Positions 15,549 through 30,330 of a stretch of 64,000 bases of DNA are shown here, one piece after another (the first letter of the stretch is position 1; every line of letters begins with the position of its first letter). The stretch spans positions 7,353,093 through 7,417,092 of the forward strand of contig CAVNZM010000004.1 of NCBI GenBank assembly GCA_963693365.1, read 5' to 3'. A model generated the notes under the pieces. It saw nothing but the letters and a program-made list of their open reading frames with translations. It had not been told where the DNA came from and ran no database searches. The position numbers and the translations under genes are program-made. This stretch comes from Amoebidium appalachense. Lineage: Eukaryota; Protista; Ichthyosporea.

Positions 15549-18500
15549 TCAGTCACGGAGACTGAGGTTGGCACGGTGTGTGTCGTGGGCCGGACCAGCC
15601 AGAGGCTTGGTGAAGATATCGGCCAGGTTCTTCTTGGTGTCGATGTAGGTGACAGTGACGTCCCCACTGTTGATGTAGTCCTTGGTGTTGAAGTAACGAA
15701 CGGCAATGTGCTTGGTCCGGTGCTTGATGGTGTTGGAGTGGACCAGAGCAATGGTGGACTGATTGTCACAGTACACGGGGGTGGGCTCGGTCATGGGGTA
15801 GCCCAGCTCCTTTAGTAGATCACGGTGCCAGACAACATCTTGCACGGCAGCATTGAGGGCCAGGAGCTCGGCCTCACAGGTGGAAGTTGCAGTGATCGTC
15901 TGCAGCTTGGAGTGGTAGGTGACGGGGGAGCCTTCGAGGAGGATGACGTACCCAGACGTGGAACGACGGGTGGTGGGGCAACCAGCAAAGTCAGAATCCG
16001 AGTAGCACTCAAGGATGGGCACCTTGCTGTTGGGGGCCTTCTTCTTGTAGTAGAGGCCGAGGTTGATGGTGCCGAGCAGGTAACGAACGACACGGAGGAG
16101 AAGCTCCCAGGCAGTCTTGGTGGGCTTGGAGCTGAATCGGCCGAGGTAGCCAATGGCATACGAGATGTCAGGCCGGGAGCACCGAGCAACCCACAGCAGA
16201 CGGCCGAGGAGTTCACGGTAGGGGACGGTGGTGGGCAGGGATGAGAGGGAGGTCTTGTTGATGATGGTGCCCACGGGAATAGGGGTGGCCTTAGGCTTGG
16301 CATCGACCAGGTTGAAGTCGGTGATGATGTCCTTGATGTAGGAGGACTGCAGCAGCTTGAGGGAGTCACGGGTGTACAGCAGTTGGTTGCCGAGGAAGAT
16401 GTCTGGCAGACCGACCTTGCACTCGGCAGACTTCGTGATGTGACGAACAAGCCCCTGCATGATGGTGGAGTTCCGTGTGCAGGTGATGATGGCATCATCA
16501 ACGTAGTTGCCCGAACGGATGATGTGCCCGTTGGGGAACTGACGGAAGTAGACACACGGATCGGAACGGAGACGGGTGAGGCCGTGGGCAATGAGAATGG
16601 AGTTGAAGAACTCGTACCATGCCAGGGATGCCTGCTTGAGTCCGTAGATGGCCTTCTTGAGTTTCCAGACTTTGTGTTCATTGCCAGGGAGGATAAAACC
16701 AAGAGGTTGCTCCATGTACAAAGTCTCGTCGAGGGGGCTGTTGAGGAAGGCCGTGTAAACAGTTGGACTAATTAGGATAAGGCAGAGTACAACTGAATCA
16801 AAATAAAGACAGAGAACGGGTAGAAAGGCACACGCGGCCAGGTTGCTTTTACTATGGGCCGACTCAGTCTGTCTCAGACTTCACTGATGTGATCCCCGTA
16901 CTGGGACGGCTTTGTTATATAGCCCCCAGGTTTCGGATCAAGGCCCAGGATTGCTTCATCCGCGGCCAGCGCGGGTGGCAACATGCCATTCGTGATTCTG
17001 GTGCGGTCCAAGCCAGTCAGACCTTCGTCCTATTTATGCAAACATCTTATTGGTTCACTTCGTTTATGTGGTATGCAGCGGTAGAATCATACATGGTTCA
17101 TTTCTTAGGTAAGATTGATTCCTATTGGTGTGGACATAATATTTATGTGATATTCATGACAAAGAACGAATTGTGTGCTAGTAGATCACATTCTTTAGTA
17201 AACATGTACAGTTCATGTGTACAGTTGTTTACAGGCCGTGCTGATGTCGAGTTGATGGATCTCGTGGTCCTGTTGCACACCGAGGGCAAGCAGGGCACGG
17301 ACGGAGGAGGACATGACGACGGGGGAAGAGTTTTCACCGTAGTCAACACCGTAGACTTGGGTGAAACCCTTGGCCACACCACGACCCTTGATCTTGGTGT
17401 CACCAGCAGAGTTGAGGACCTTCTCCGTGACAATCCACTTGAATCGGATGATGTTGGCATCGGAGGGGGGCTCAACTACGTCGAAGATGTCCTTGTCGAT
17501 GAAAGCCTTGTACTCGGCAGTGAGGGCAGTCACCACTTCATCACCCTTGGTGCCAGAGCACAGCTTCTGAATTGACCGGGGCAGCTGAGACACATCAAGG
17601 CTGGGTCGGGAGATGCTCACCATAGCCATAGCAGGCCGGGAGTAGAGACGGGAGGAACGACGGGGAACGGTACGGAGGGGCTCAGGGGCCGGGGGGTTGT
17701 CTGGGACAGACACTCGGTGGTCGGGGATGGGGGCCTGGAAGCCAGGGATGGGTGCCGTGTTGAGGGGGGAGTCGGATAACACGGGGCTGGACGGGGCCGA
17801 GTGGAACTCCGGAGACCCAGGACGAACCGGGGTGAGATGACCAGGTACGTGGTCATTGACGGCAGGGGCCGGCAGCAGGGGTTGCTGACCGGTGGGGGGG
17901 GGGGTGGGTGGAGCCACGGGGGCAGGTACACGACGGGGGGAACGACGGATAATCACCGACGGAATTTCATCGTCATCGGAATTGGAATTTCCGGAATGCA
18001 GGGATGAATCGATTGAGGTCGTCTGATTGGTGGCCTGCACAGAAATCTGATTGGAGGCCGTGGTGAATTGTGATTCGTCGAAGACGACATCGCGGTAGAG
18101 GTTGACCGTGTTGCCACGTAGATTCATGATCTTGTGGGCTTTGTTGGTGATATCCCAGCCCACGTAGGTGCCGAGTTTGACGGTAGAGGCCAACTTGTCT
18201 CGTTTGGATGCAGGGACGTGTACATAGGCTGGGCAGCCGAACACGTGCAGGTGGGAGATGTCAGGCTTGACACCGTAGAAAATTTCAAACGGTGTACGGC
18301 CATTGGCAGCTCTGGCCGGGGTCACGTTGATGATGTAGGCAGCATGCTTGAGAGCAGCTCCCCACAGTTTGGGGGAAAGGGAGTCGGCCTTGTCCTGATG
18401 AAGGAAGCACCGAACGATCTCCTGCAGATCCCTCATCTTACGTTCAACGAAGCCGTTGAGTTGGGGGCAGTCAACCGGGGCAAATTCCTGAATGATGCCC

Positions 18501-20481
18501 TTGGACTGGCAGTACTGCTCCATAGCGTGGGAGGTGAACTCGGACCCAGAGTCTGAACGGAAGTGGGTCACCACCTTGTCGGGTTGCTTGTCAGTAGTCT
18601 CAACCAGGGCCTTGACGTATTCGAGAGTTTCGGATCGATCACGGAGGAGGTACACGATGGTGTAGCCGGAGGCATCACAGGTACACACGAGGGCCACCTT
18701 GTAGCCACCATAGGAGGCACAGGGAGGCTCGAAGAAGTCCATGTGCCACTTGGCACCGGGGAAGGGGCACTGGGTTCTGGTGCCGGAGAATGGGGCCTTG
18801 GTGGTCTTGCCGGAGACACAACCGAAGCAGTCAGTGGTGTCAGCCACTGAGAGGGATGAGGGGAGGCCTGTCACGAGGTCACCTCTCACCATCTTGGTGA
18901 GGGTGGACAGGGCACGATGGCCGAGACGGTGGTGCCAGAGCTGAGGATCATTGTTGACCTTGACGTTGGCTACCAGAGCAGTGACGGTCCGAGGGATGGA
19001 GGGACGTATCTCATAGTCAGTGATGAAGTACAGTCCATCTGTGCCTGTGAGGGAACACACGATGTTGCCACCACGAGTGTAGAGGTATGATGGGAATGCA
19101 TCCTAATCATCGAGGTGGGCAAGGAGACCCGACTTGGAGGCCATTGAGGGTGATATCAGGAAGGCTGGGGAGTCGGGTACATAGAGGGTGTTGAGGCTCA
19201 GTACTGATGTTACTCCGTTGTAGGTGACGGCCAGGTTAATGACACCACGGTGATGTGCAGTGACGATGCCGAGGCCGTGGACGTCAGTCGGGGGGCATGG
19301 CTCAAGAGTAGAGAAGTACTCTTTTACTGGGCACACGTGGACGTTTGAAGCCGAGTCCCAGCAGGGGTCCATGGGTAGGGAGGCCGTGGTGGACACGAGG
19401 GCAAAATGCACCTCTTTTCCAGACTTGGTGTTGGCACGGTGACGACGGGCAATTGAGCAGCCAGGTTTGTCACACTGCCAGTGTGTGACATGATGGTCTT
19501 CGTGACAGTAGGCACAGTCGAGGGAGCCAGTGGTCTTGGCTCGGGGTGGCTGGGAATGACGGTTACCCCCTTTACGTGGGGGGTAGCCTGAGGGTGACCG
19601 GGAACGATAGCCGGGGGAACGGGACCGTGAGTAATCACGGTCAACTGAGGGGGATCGATCGGTGGGACGACCGCGGGGGTGACGGGAGACGGAGCTGTCA
19701 CGTCGGGGGATCCGGTGTCTGAGGTCGTCCTTGGTGAGTACACGGCTTTGCAGGGCACGTGCTGTTCGGACGGTGGAGGAGGACCCGGACCCAGAGTCGA
19801 TGAGACCTTCACGGATCTCTGCAGCTCTGATGTCACTGATTAGACGGTTGTAGGTCTCGTAGTTAATGGTACGACGGAAGTAGTCGGCAATCATGGCCTG
19901 GATGTCGGTACAAACTAACTTACGGTTCTTCTTGAGGTGGATGAAGAAGTTATCAACCATAGTCTTGTGAGGAATGGGCTCTTCGAGGATGTGCAGGGTA
20001 GCAGAGTGCACAGACGGCGTGCCATGGTGAGGTAGGCCGTGACGGTCTTGAAGTCTTTGAGTTCAAGCTCATGGTAGTCGAGGAGGATTTGACGAGCACG
20101 ATCTTCACGTTCAGCCGCATAGGTCATACGGAGGTTGTGGAAAGCTTGGGCAGGTGACACATCATCGTGGATTTGACCAGAGTTATACAGCTCATCATTG
20201 GAGACGAGTTGAGTAAACATCTGTTCAAGGAGGTTGGAAGCCTCGGTGTAGGCCTCCTCAGTGTCGTAGCCGTGCCACTCATTCTCGTCGGAAGGGTCGA
20301 CCCACTCGGGGGCCTTGATGACGGGCACTAACTTGGCCGCGGTGGTGGTACGTAGGTACCGGAAGATGACGGGTTCCCACTCATAATAGGTGAGACGTTT
20401 GCCGGACTTCTTGTCCGTGGTGTCATCCCCTTTCCAGGGGGTGAGGTTGAGATACGCAGGTTTCTCCGACATGGTGATCAA
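15549..20481 (-). pseudogene. Copia gag-pol polyprotein (Gag, protease, integrase, RT, RNase H), disrupted
   Basis: Zn knuckle CAYCHEDHH..C; protease WDSASNVH; integrase HHRLGH..CFGC, HMD, RSDSGSEF, NGFVERK; RT HQLDISTAFLNS..YMEQP, LKKAIYGLKQ, YVDD; RNase H YSDSDFAG..STSGY..CDNQ..ADIFTK. Lesions: frameshift ~20012, in-frame TAG 19103-19105, insertion 16754-17233. Confidence 0.95.
16754..17233 (-). mobile_element. 480-bp solo LTR (copy B) inserted in the copia RT domain
   Basis: TGTAAACA...TGTTTACA termini; 5-bp TSD GGCCG (16749-16753 and 17234-17238). Removing it restores HQLDISTAFLNSPLDETLYMEQP. Confidence 0.93.
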
Positions 20482-20578
20482 TCAGTCAGATGATGCGTGA
20501 GAGAGGAATCAGATCGGTATTCAAATTTGAATATTTTTGATTGCAGCGAGAGTATGTGTTTGCGAGAGCGTGCGAAAA

Positions 20579-20591
20579 TGGGCCTTTAACC
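20579..20591 (-). promoter_or_regulatory. Primer-binding site, half-tRNA(iMet)-like
   Basis: GGTTAAAGGCCCA abuts the LTR; it resembles the GGTTATGGGCCCA PBS of copia/Ty5-type elements with 2 mismatches. Confidence 0.7.
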
Positions 20592-21339
20592 TGTTGCTTT
20601 GTACGGGTCTAAGGGAGCAGAGTGCACAGAGGTGTCATGTAAAACACGACTAACACATTAATGAGAGGGCAATCGGAGTTGTTCACGAGACATTGAAAGA
20701 TTTCAAACAACAACTGAATCTTTATTGTGCTCTCGGTTCCTTTTGTACTTGCGACTTATCACCTTATCACAACTAAAGAGGGAGAACCAATCGGTTCTAT
20801 CAGAAGATAGAAAAACACATTCCGACAGAGCATACGCATTCCAACTTCCGATTAAACTAAAGTGTAGAAACTCTTACTTAAATAAATTAAGTAATTATAC
20901 ATCTAGTCACTATTAACTCACATATATATTTATGTTCGTCTCTATAAAGAAACTTATTTAAATACATATATTTCCTAATAGTCGACACTCTCAAAGTGAA
21001 GACACTTTGCAATAAACCGAATTCCATATATATCTATTGTCCAATCACAACACACATATATTAACAGACAGGAATGCACAACACAATCTACAGATGTACT
21101 CGCTCGCGACTATTGGCGAGCCATCCTTTTGAGAACAAAACTAGGCCATTTTGAAATAAAGGAAAGACAACGAGTGAGGCTAGCCAATCACGCTACCTCT
21201 CAGATAAACAGAGGAGAGCAAACAGAAATAAAAACACAATAAGTTCTTATCAGGCAAGAGAGCCAGGTGTGCACAGATCTACAGATATCTGTGCCCACAG
21301 GAACAAGGGAGAGAGAGATACGGGGGGGGGGGGGGGGGG

Positions 21340-21420
<81 letters not shown>

Positions 21421-21499
21421 GCAGACACGAATACAAACAAGCTAGGACACATACATACTTCAAGGCTCTTGCTGTCATACATGGTGACGTATTCCAACA
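20592..21499 (-). repeat. Copia 5' LTR
   Basis: TGTTG...CCAACA, near-identical to 13902-14816, includes a poly-G/(GA)n tract. Confidence 0.97.
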
Positions 21500-21611
21500 G
21501 AAAGTGAGTCCCTTTTTCAACACCTCAGGGGGCCCTTTCTCTCTATCAGATTCTCTCTCTAGTCTCTCTCCTTCCCCCTCCCCCGCGCCCTTTCCCCACC
21601 ACGCACACACA

Positions 21612-23230
<1,619 letters not shown>

Positions 23231-24989
23231 CCACCCCTGTCCCACCTCCCCCTCCCCCCTCCCCCCTCCCCCCTCGGGATCCCTCCCCTCCTTACCCTCC
23301 CCCTCCCCAGCCCCCTCTCCCCGCCCCCTTGCCCCTGCTGGAACCCGCTTCAAAAAAACACCCGCAAGATATCTCAGGCAAAGGTTGGAAGGAAAACGGC
23401 ATTGCCAACCGCTATATTTTTATCAAAAGATTGTTCTTTCGGATCATGATGTTCGTCGAACACTTGAAATAGCTTTGGCTTTTACTACTCTGACGATCTC
23501 TACTTACCTGACTCAATTTAATTGTGAAGGCTTTGGGTTTCTTAGTTATTCACAGTATACGTAAACACTTCGATCTCATTCAAGGCTTCGATGATAATAA
23601 GACCCCGACAGGCTCAGCCGGCTGTTTACTCTTCTAATTGTAACTGACGAAGCCCATGTGTTTTGGTTTGCTCTCATGATCATGACATGCGATGTCACCC
23701 GTCGGCAATGCCCACATGTATGCAGTGTGTGCAAGAATCCCAGCCGGCGATGCCGCTACGTAGGACCTCGCCCTCCGGCCAATCCTCCCCCCTGGTGCAA
23801 CCAGCACCCTGAGACAACAACCCCCCTCTTGGCCTGCCCGGCCCATGCAGGGGATCCGGAGGTCTCCGGCCCCCCCCTTTCTATGGCCACTGAGTCACAG
23901 CCTGCATGCGCATCCACAACGTCCTTCACACTCGACATTCAAAAACCGCCACGGCACAGCACAGACAGTCGGTAGCCACGATGGTAAGACCATTGTGCAT
24001 GGATCAAATGGATAAGAGGGCAAGTAGACCACAACCCGAAGATATCAAGTGGGTGGAACGTGGTTTCTGCCCACGGTCAGTGGCCCACTGCTAACAGCCA
24101 CCGGCACCACCGAATCCACCACCCGAGCAATTATAGGGAAAATCATAGTAGAATTGCAGACCTTTTTCTTTTTTAAAATATGGCAACCACGTAACATAAC
24201 ACTCCCCCCCGCCACACCCCAAACTGCAAAAACACCACCACCCCACCCACCCACCGTGACAGCCTGGAAAGGCACTTGAAGCACCACTGAGAACCCAAAA
24301 CTCACACACAACACACACACACCCCACACACACACACCCCACACGCACACCCGCCAGCTTGCCCGGACTGTAGGCACACACACAGACCCACCCATATCCT
24401 GCAAACCACATCTTTTAGTTCACAAAAGCACTGCCACAAAGTATGTAGGCCAACGAAGTTCATGATGTATTGTTAGGAAGCAACCCCCCACAACCACCAC
24501 CCCATCAACCCATCATATACCCCTACCCACCATAAGCCTTGCACACTCAACCCAACGGACATTCCACAACCGTAGATCGACCAATGAGAGCGTGTGGTTA
24601 ACGTTTATCATCAAATGAAATGCAGGATTTGAGTTGAGGAGAGGGCTGGTACCACCTACTGGCATGGCTGGGGCCACAACCCTGGGCAAAGAGATTACTA
24701 ATAGGTGCAGCTGGGAATGTGAATGATAGTTTAATTAGCTGGGCATATTGATAGCAGGGCCTAACTTGTGTACTGTCGGTGCTGTCACAGTGTGGTAGAC
24801 GGCCGCGGTAGTTCCCTTGAAGGCCTGCAAGGACCCGCCGGGAACAAAAAACGTGATTAAAAAAAAAAAAATGCTGGCCTAACCTAAAAATTGTGCCTTC
24901 TTTCGTGTGTGTGGCGTCCCGAGTCACACTTTCGAATGAGGTTTGGGGCGAAACTGTTAACGCATTCCGGCGGTGTTTTTACCCATGCC

Positions 24990-25112
<123 letters not shown>

Positions 25113-25659
25113 ACAGTACGTGTGTATTTCGAAGGTCTAGGGCACGCACACACATCTGTGAACGGTTTGTTTCTTTGTCATGAACATAGGGTGTGTATGC
25201 GTGTTGTTGTAACACTCTTGGGGGCGCATGGATGCACCTGCATGTGCACGTGCCAGAAAGAGTGAGGGAGAGGGAGAGCAAGGCCTACTTTAGACATGTA
25301 CAGGAGGGGGGGAGCGGTGAGGGGACGAAGGGGAAGCGGAGGAAGGGGGAGGGGGGAGGAGGCAGAATCGGATGAGGATGGGAGGCTGCGCCAGGGGGGG
25401 GGGGGGGGGGGCAAGCGAGGGGAGGGGGGAGAAAGGGGGAGGGGGGGAAGGGGGGGAAGACACTACCCACCAAAATAGTTAGGATTGTTTAAAGGTGTGT
25501 TAGCTTAGCTAACAATACCGAAGCACCCTAGCTAGAGTACTGTCGGTGCTGGGTGGAAGACGGTAAGTTCCCCCTGAGGGCCCAAGGGGTCCCTCCGGGA
25601 ACAAAACGGGATAAAATAAAAAAGGGTGTGTGTGTGTGTGTGTGTATGTACATTTGTGT

Positions 25660-25748
<89 letters not shown>

Positions 25749-25849
25749 CACTGATTTAGTTAATACTATTCGAAGCGGGTGGCATAAAAGGTGTGCCAGC
25801 GTTTCACTGTGGGAATGAGGTTAAGGGGGAAAAAGGACTCTGCATCGTT

Positions 25850-26020
25850 AACATTGCTGAAAATATCAAATCGGGGTGGCAGATCTAGACGGGGCCAATT
25901 TTATTGAAACGAGTGACTATTGGCAACATGTCAGAGTCGCCGCAGTGATAGCCCTGTGACCCAGAGGACAAACGTCTCAAACATCATGTAGGGGGTGATA
26001 AGGTCTAGGGCGGGGAGGGG

Positions 26021-26051
<31 letters not shown>

Positions 26052-26466
26052 GGGGAGGGGGCTTGGACTTGTTGTGTACACTATCAATGACCGTGACTTT
26101 CAACGTTTTTGGATTGAATACACAAGTAATATGTAACATCCAGATCTGCCCGAGAGTGCCAATTCTTACAGCCTGATCGGGATAGATCGGGATGTTATGC
26201 AGGCATGGCACTGCAAGTGCCCCCCCCCCCCCCCCTCCTCCCCCCTCCCCCTCCCTTCCCCTCTCCCCCCCTCTCTCTGGGTAGGAGAAAATGGAGGGAG
26301 AGGGTGGGGGGGGGGGGGGGGGGGGGGGTTGGAGGACTCAGTTCAGCACGATCCCATATTCCGCCTTCACATCCAATTAGAGCATACTGATCATCAAATC
26401 ATCAGTCCACAAGTCACAAAAGAATAAAGAGGTTTGTGCTGGCATATCTGGCTATGATAAGGCTTT

Positions 26467-26497
<31 letters not shown>

Positions 26498-26967
26498 CGC
26501 GCACAATGTGCGCACAGACGTGGGTGCGCGTAAGCCCATGGTTTTTGTGGTTCATGACCACTAGGTTCGAGGGGAGGCAGGTGGGGAGGTGGGGAGGAGG
26601 AGGTGGTGGTGGGCTTGAGGGGAGGGGGAGGGGGGGAGGGGGGAGGGGGAAGGGGGATGGCCTGCCCCCGATGGTTGAAGGGAAGGAGGTTACGTGTACT
26701 CAGCGCTAGAGAAGAAGTTGAGCCAGAGACGAATGTTGTAGATCGGTTGTGCGGCAGGCTTCCGAATGTGCCACATCCATGGGGTAGTGTAAATTGGTAC
26801 CCTTTATATTGTCGGATATATTCGACACTAATGGGGAAGAAATTCTCCCCCTCCTCCCTTTTTTTTCCCCCACCCCCACCCCCTCCCCAAAGTGGGGAGT
26901 TCAACCGCAATCCAACCTCTCCCTCTCCCCTCCCCTTGAAAAACTTTTTTTCCGCCTGTGTCCTCGC

Positions 26968-27010
<43 letters not shown>

Positions 27011-27193
27011 CCCTCCCGAAACAGAGCCATTACTAGCAACTTGTTGAGGAACATGTGTGTATGGTTTAAGTCAGTACGGCTAAGTGTGTGTCATCGTGTG
27101 GGAGAGGGTACCAGAATGTGTGTGCGTGTGTGTGTGTTATCGTGGGGGGGGGGAGGGAGGGAGGAACAGGATAGATGGCCTAGGGTAGTGGAG

Positions 27194-27277
<84 letters not shown>

Positions 27278-27313
27278 TGGGTAGTGGTGGCACGGGTCGT
27301 GGTGGCGGGGAAT

Positions 27314-27361
<48 letters not shown>

Positions 27362-27954
27362 CGTGAAAATGTCAGGTGGGGAAGCCAAGGGATCTGGGAA
27401 AGTAAACTGGGCGAAAGGGAGAATTAAGAAAAAATTCCTCGTATCAGAACCTGGGCCACCGTGTTGAAAGGCTCATATAACATCTCTCCCAAATTAGAAA
27501 TTAATCTCAGGAAGGCTTTGCTTGCTGGCCGGGCAGGTGAGTGTGAATGTGTGGTCTTGTGCATGTCCGTTCGTGTGTGTGTGTGTGTACGCGCGCGCGC
27601 GCGCGCGCGTGTGTGTGTGTGTATGTGTCACTGTGTGCGCCTGTGTGTACACGCAGGGGTGAGTGTTGGGGGCATGGGGTGGTGGGTCGAGGGGGATGGG
27701 TGTGTGTGTGTGTGGTGGGTGGGTGGGTGGGTGGGTGGGTGGGTGGGTGGGTGGGTGGGTGGGTGGGTGGGTGGGGGGGGGGGGGGGGGGGGAGGGGGAG
27801 GGGGGGGAGGGGGGGGGGGGGGAGGGGCGGCTCCAAATGATCAAAAGAAATGGGAAAACTGCTCGGTTGGCAAAGTTGATTCCGACTGCGAACTGCGACT
27901 CAGAGGACCAACATATACTTTTATAAACGAAAGAAGAAGTGCGTGTGTGTGTGT

Positions 27955-27989
<35 letters not shown>

Positions 27990-27995
27990 GGGGGG

Positions 27996-28030
<35 letters not shown>

Positions 28031-28350
28031 AATCATCATGGCTTGTGATGTACAAGGGGAAGAAGGGAACCAGACAGGCGATCGGTTGGTGTTAAAGTAG
28101 ATATATGAAAATTTTCAAGATTCACACCACCTTCCAGCTTCCATGTAGGTGCCACGTGAAAGAAAAGTGCATTAGGTCAGTAGTTTTATTATTTTTGGTT
28201 GCCAGCCAGCTCAAGTAGAAAGACTTGGCTATACATAGCTGTGGGTGAGGGAAAAGTGGCTGCCTTATTTTTTGTAAATTTTTTCCCCTACCCTCGCCTT
28301 CTGTCGACGTCAGACTCAGATTCTCTCAGTTTATGTGCACATAATACCTA
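25850..28350 (-). pseudogene. Cryptic multi-exon pseudogene of unidentified family, head-to-head with OXCT1
   Basis: AG/GT-bounded segments 27079-27034, 26827-26694, 26462-26338, 26210-26069 have matching phases and give protein-like text with in-frame TGA/TAA stops. Outer limits are approximate. Confidence 0.5.
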
Positions 28351-28689
28351 CATATACTGTGTTCTTATTGTACTGTGCCCAGAGCTTCCAGAAGCTTCCA
28401 TGCCCTACCATCAGTAGCACCTGACCAGGGCCGTCGAAGTTATGTCGCCAAGCAAAAAAAAAAGGGTTACTTTTCGCTTATTTTCGGTATAATACACAGG
28501 CGATTGAGCGTGAGGATGGCGAAATGGTTCAGGCATGTTTACCCATTTCTCGTCTCGAAGGCTTTCCCTCCCTCCCCCCCTCTCCCTCTTTGTTTTTCGC
28601 ATGACACGAGGCGCACGTGCAAATGTTGACTTTTCTCAGCGGGAAAACCGAGAGCTGGGCACTGGTCGTCGCTTTCCCACAGTGATCTG

Positions 28690-28759
28690 ATTGGCTGCGC
28701 TTGCTCAGTTTTTAGGTTTTCTGATTGGCTTACAAAATTTTGGTACCACCGGTGCCAAT
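28690..28759. promoter_or_regulatory. Three CCAAT boxes spaced ~31-34 bp upstream of OXCT1
   Basis: ATTGG 28690 and 28724, CCAAT 28755; spacing typical of NF-Y promoters. Confidence 0.55.
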
Positions 28760-29116
28760 GAAAACGTGCGGAGCTTCCAAGGTCTCAGGGCTTTAGACAG
28801 CCACTTTGCTCTACTCGAGAACCATGTATTTCGGTTTCTGAAATGCTTTATTATTATTAGGCATCTATTGATTTTGAAAATATACCGGAGACCGCCGAAC
28901 CACGAGCAGAAAACATACAAAATTGATTTAAAGCCCCGAAACCTTGTCGCAATGCACCTCGCGATCGGCAGAGTGGCTGGCTCAGTCCGCCTGAAACGAA
29001 AAATAAGAGCCCCTTCCCTGCTTTCCCTCCCCTCAGAACGGTGTCTCCACCCCACCAAACATACTCTTCCGTGTAGGTGTCGCGCACACGCACACACACG
29101 CAACCACACAGCGAGA

Positions 29117-30042
29117 ATGGTGCTCCTAGCTATGTTTGCCGCGCCCCAGCTTGCGCCGCTCGTAAAGGCGGCGCAGCCCGTTGTTGTCTGTGCCGTTGCC
29201 CGGCGGTTCCTGTCAGCACAGACAGACATCAGAAACGTAAAGCCAAAGGGGAGGATACAAATGTTCTCGTCTGCAGAGGAGGCAGTAAAAGACATTCCTG
29301 ACGGCTCAAAGCTCCTTGTGGGCGGGTTTGGGCTTTGCGGCATTCCCGAGAACTTGATCGCTGCCCTGCAGCAGAAGGGCATCAAGGGGTTGACGTGTGT
29401 GAGCAACAATGCCGGTGTCGATGACTTTGGGCTGGGCATTCTGCTCAAGTCAAAGCAGATTAAGAGGATGATTTCGAGCTACGTGGGTGAGAACGCCGAG
29501 TTTGAGAGGCAGTTCTTGAGCGGCGAGCTGGAGGTCGAGCTCACACCTCAGGTGTGTGTATGTGTGTGTGTGCTTGCGTAGTTTCAGCTACTTGCTTGCC
29601 TGGAATCGGTGATGGAAGCACCTTGGCAGAAGGGTGGGGATAATACCATCCTTTAAAGGGGTGAGGGAGGATCGCTGTGACCCTGGTAACCAGCTTTAGC
29701 ACGTCACGAAGGAAACTCCTGGTGGGAAGGGTGGGATGGTGTAGGCGTGCTCGTTTTGGCGATGAAAACTGTGGTGTGTGCTTTTAAGTTACAGTTTACT
29801 GGTTCTGGAGCACTTGCTGTATTCATTGAGGGTTGGGCCCTCCCTCCCTTAATAGCTCAGCCTCTATATTCAACTCTCCTTCCCCCGTGTGAAAGAACTT
29901 GAAAAAAAATTTCATCTTTGTATGTGTCTCTTGTTGGTGTTTCGTGGTCCCCTGCTGCCTACGGGGCGGTGTTACCCCACCCCTCTCCCCCACGCCCGTT
30001 CTGGGGGCTCGTCGTCACCCTTCCATCTTCTCCAACCCCCCC

Positions 30043-30073
<31 letters not shown>

Positions 30074-30330
30074 ACACAGCCCCCCACGCACACACACATA
30101 CACACACTCTACCCTCCGTACTTCCTACCCTTTCCCTACCCTCCTTGCCCCGCGTTTCTTACAAACTGAAACATCAAGACACAATTCTTTCTTCCCTCCC
30201 CTTCTCCCCCCGCCCCCCTCCCCCCTCCCCCCCTCCCCCCATCTACCTCTCTTCTCCCCCTTTTCTCTACACACCTTTCCCTCCCTTTCTCCGACATCCA
30301 TCACTCGTCCACTGCAGTAACAGAAAACTA

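Larger units (their letters stand above)
13417..21499 (-). mobile_element. Full-length Ty1/copia LTR retrotransposon, coding-disabled, with two nested insertions
   Basis: TG..CA LTRs at 13417/13902-14816 and 20592-21499; 5-bp TSD GAAAG at 13412-13416 and 21500-21504; PBS 20579-20591; PPT next to 14817; gag-PR-IN-RT-RNaseH order. Confidence 0.97.

Noticed and set aside
13901-16753. Composite transposon or inversion bounded by the inverted 480-bp copies
   Set aside because: Each copy has its own intact TSD and the copia sequence between them is collinear
26338-26462. In-frame TGA codons as selenocysteine or an alternative genetic code
   Set aside because: A TAA also interrupts the frame, intact genes use TGG for Trp, and I saw no SECIS; mutation is simpler
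28691-29116. Long N-terminal extension of the OXCT1 ORF
   Set aside because: Starts at TTG inside the CCAAT promoter region; ATG 29117 gives a normal transit-peptide-like start
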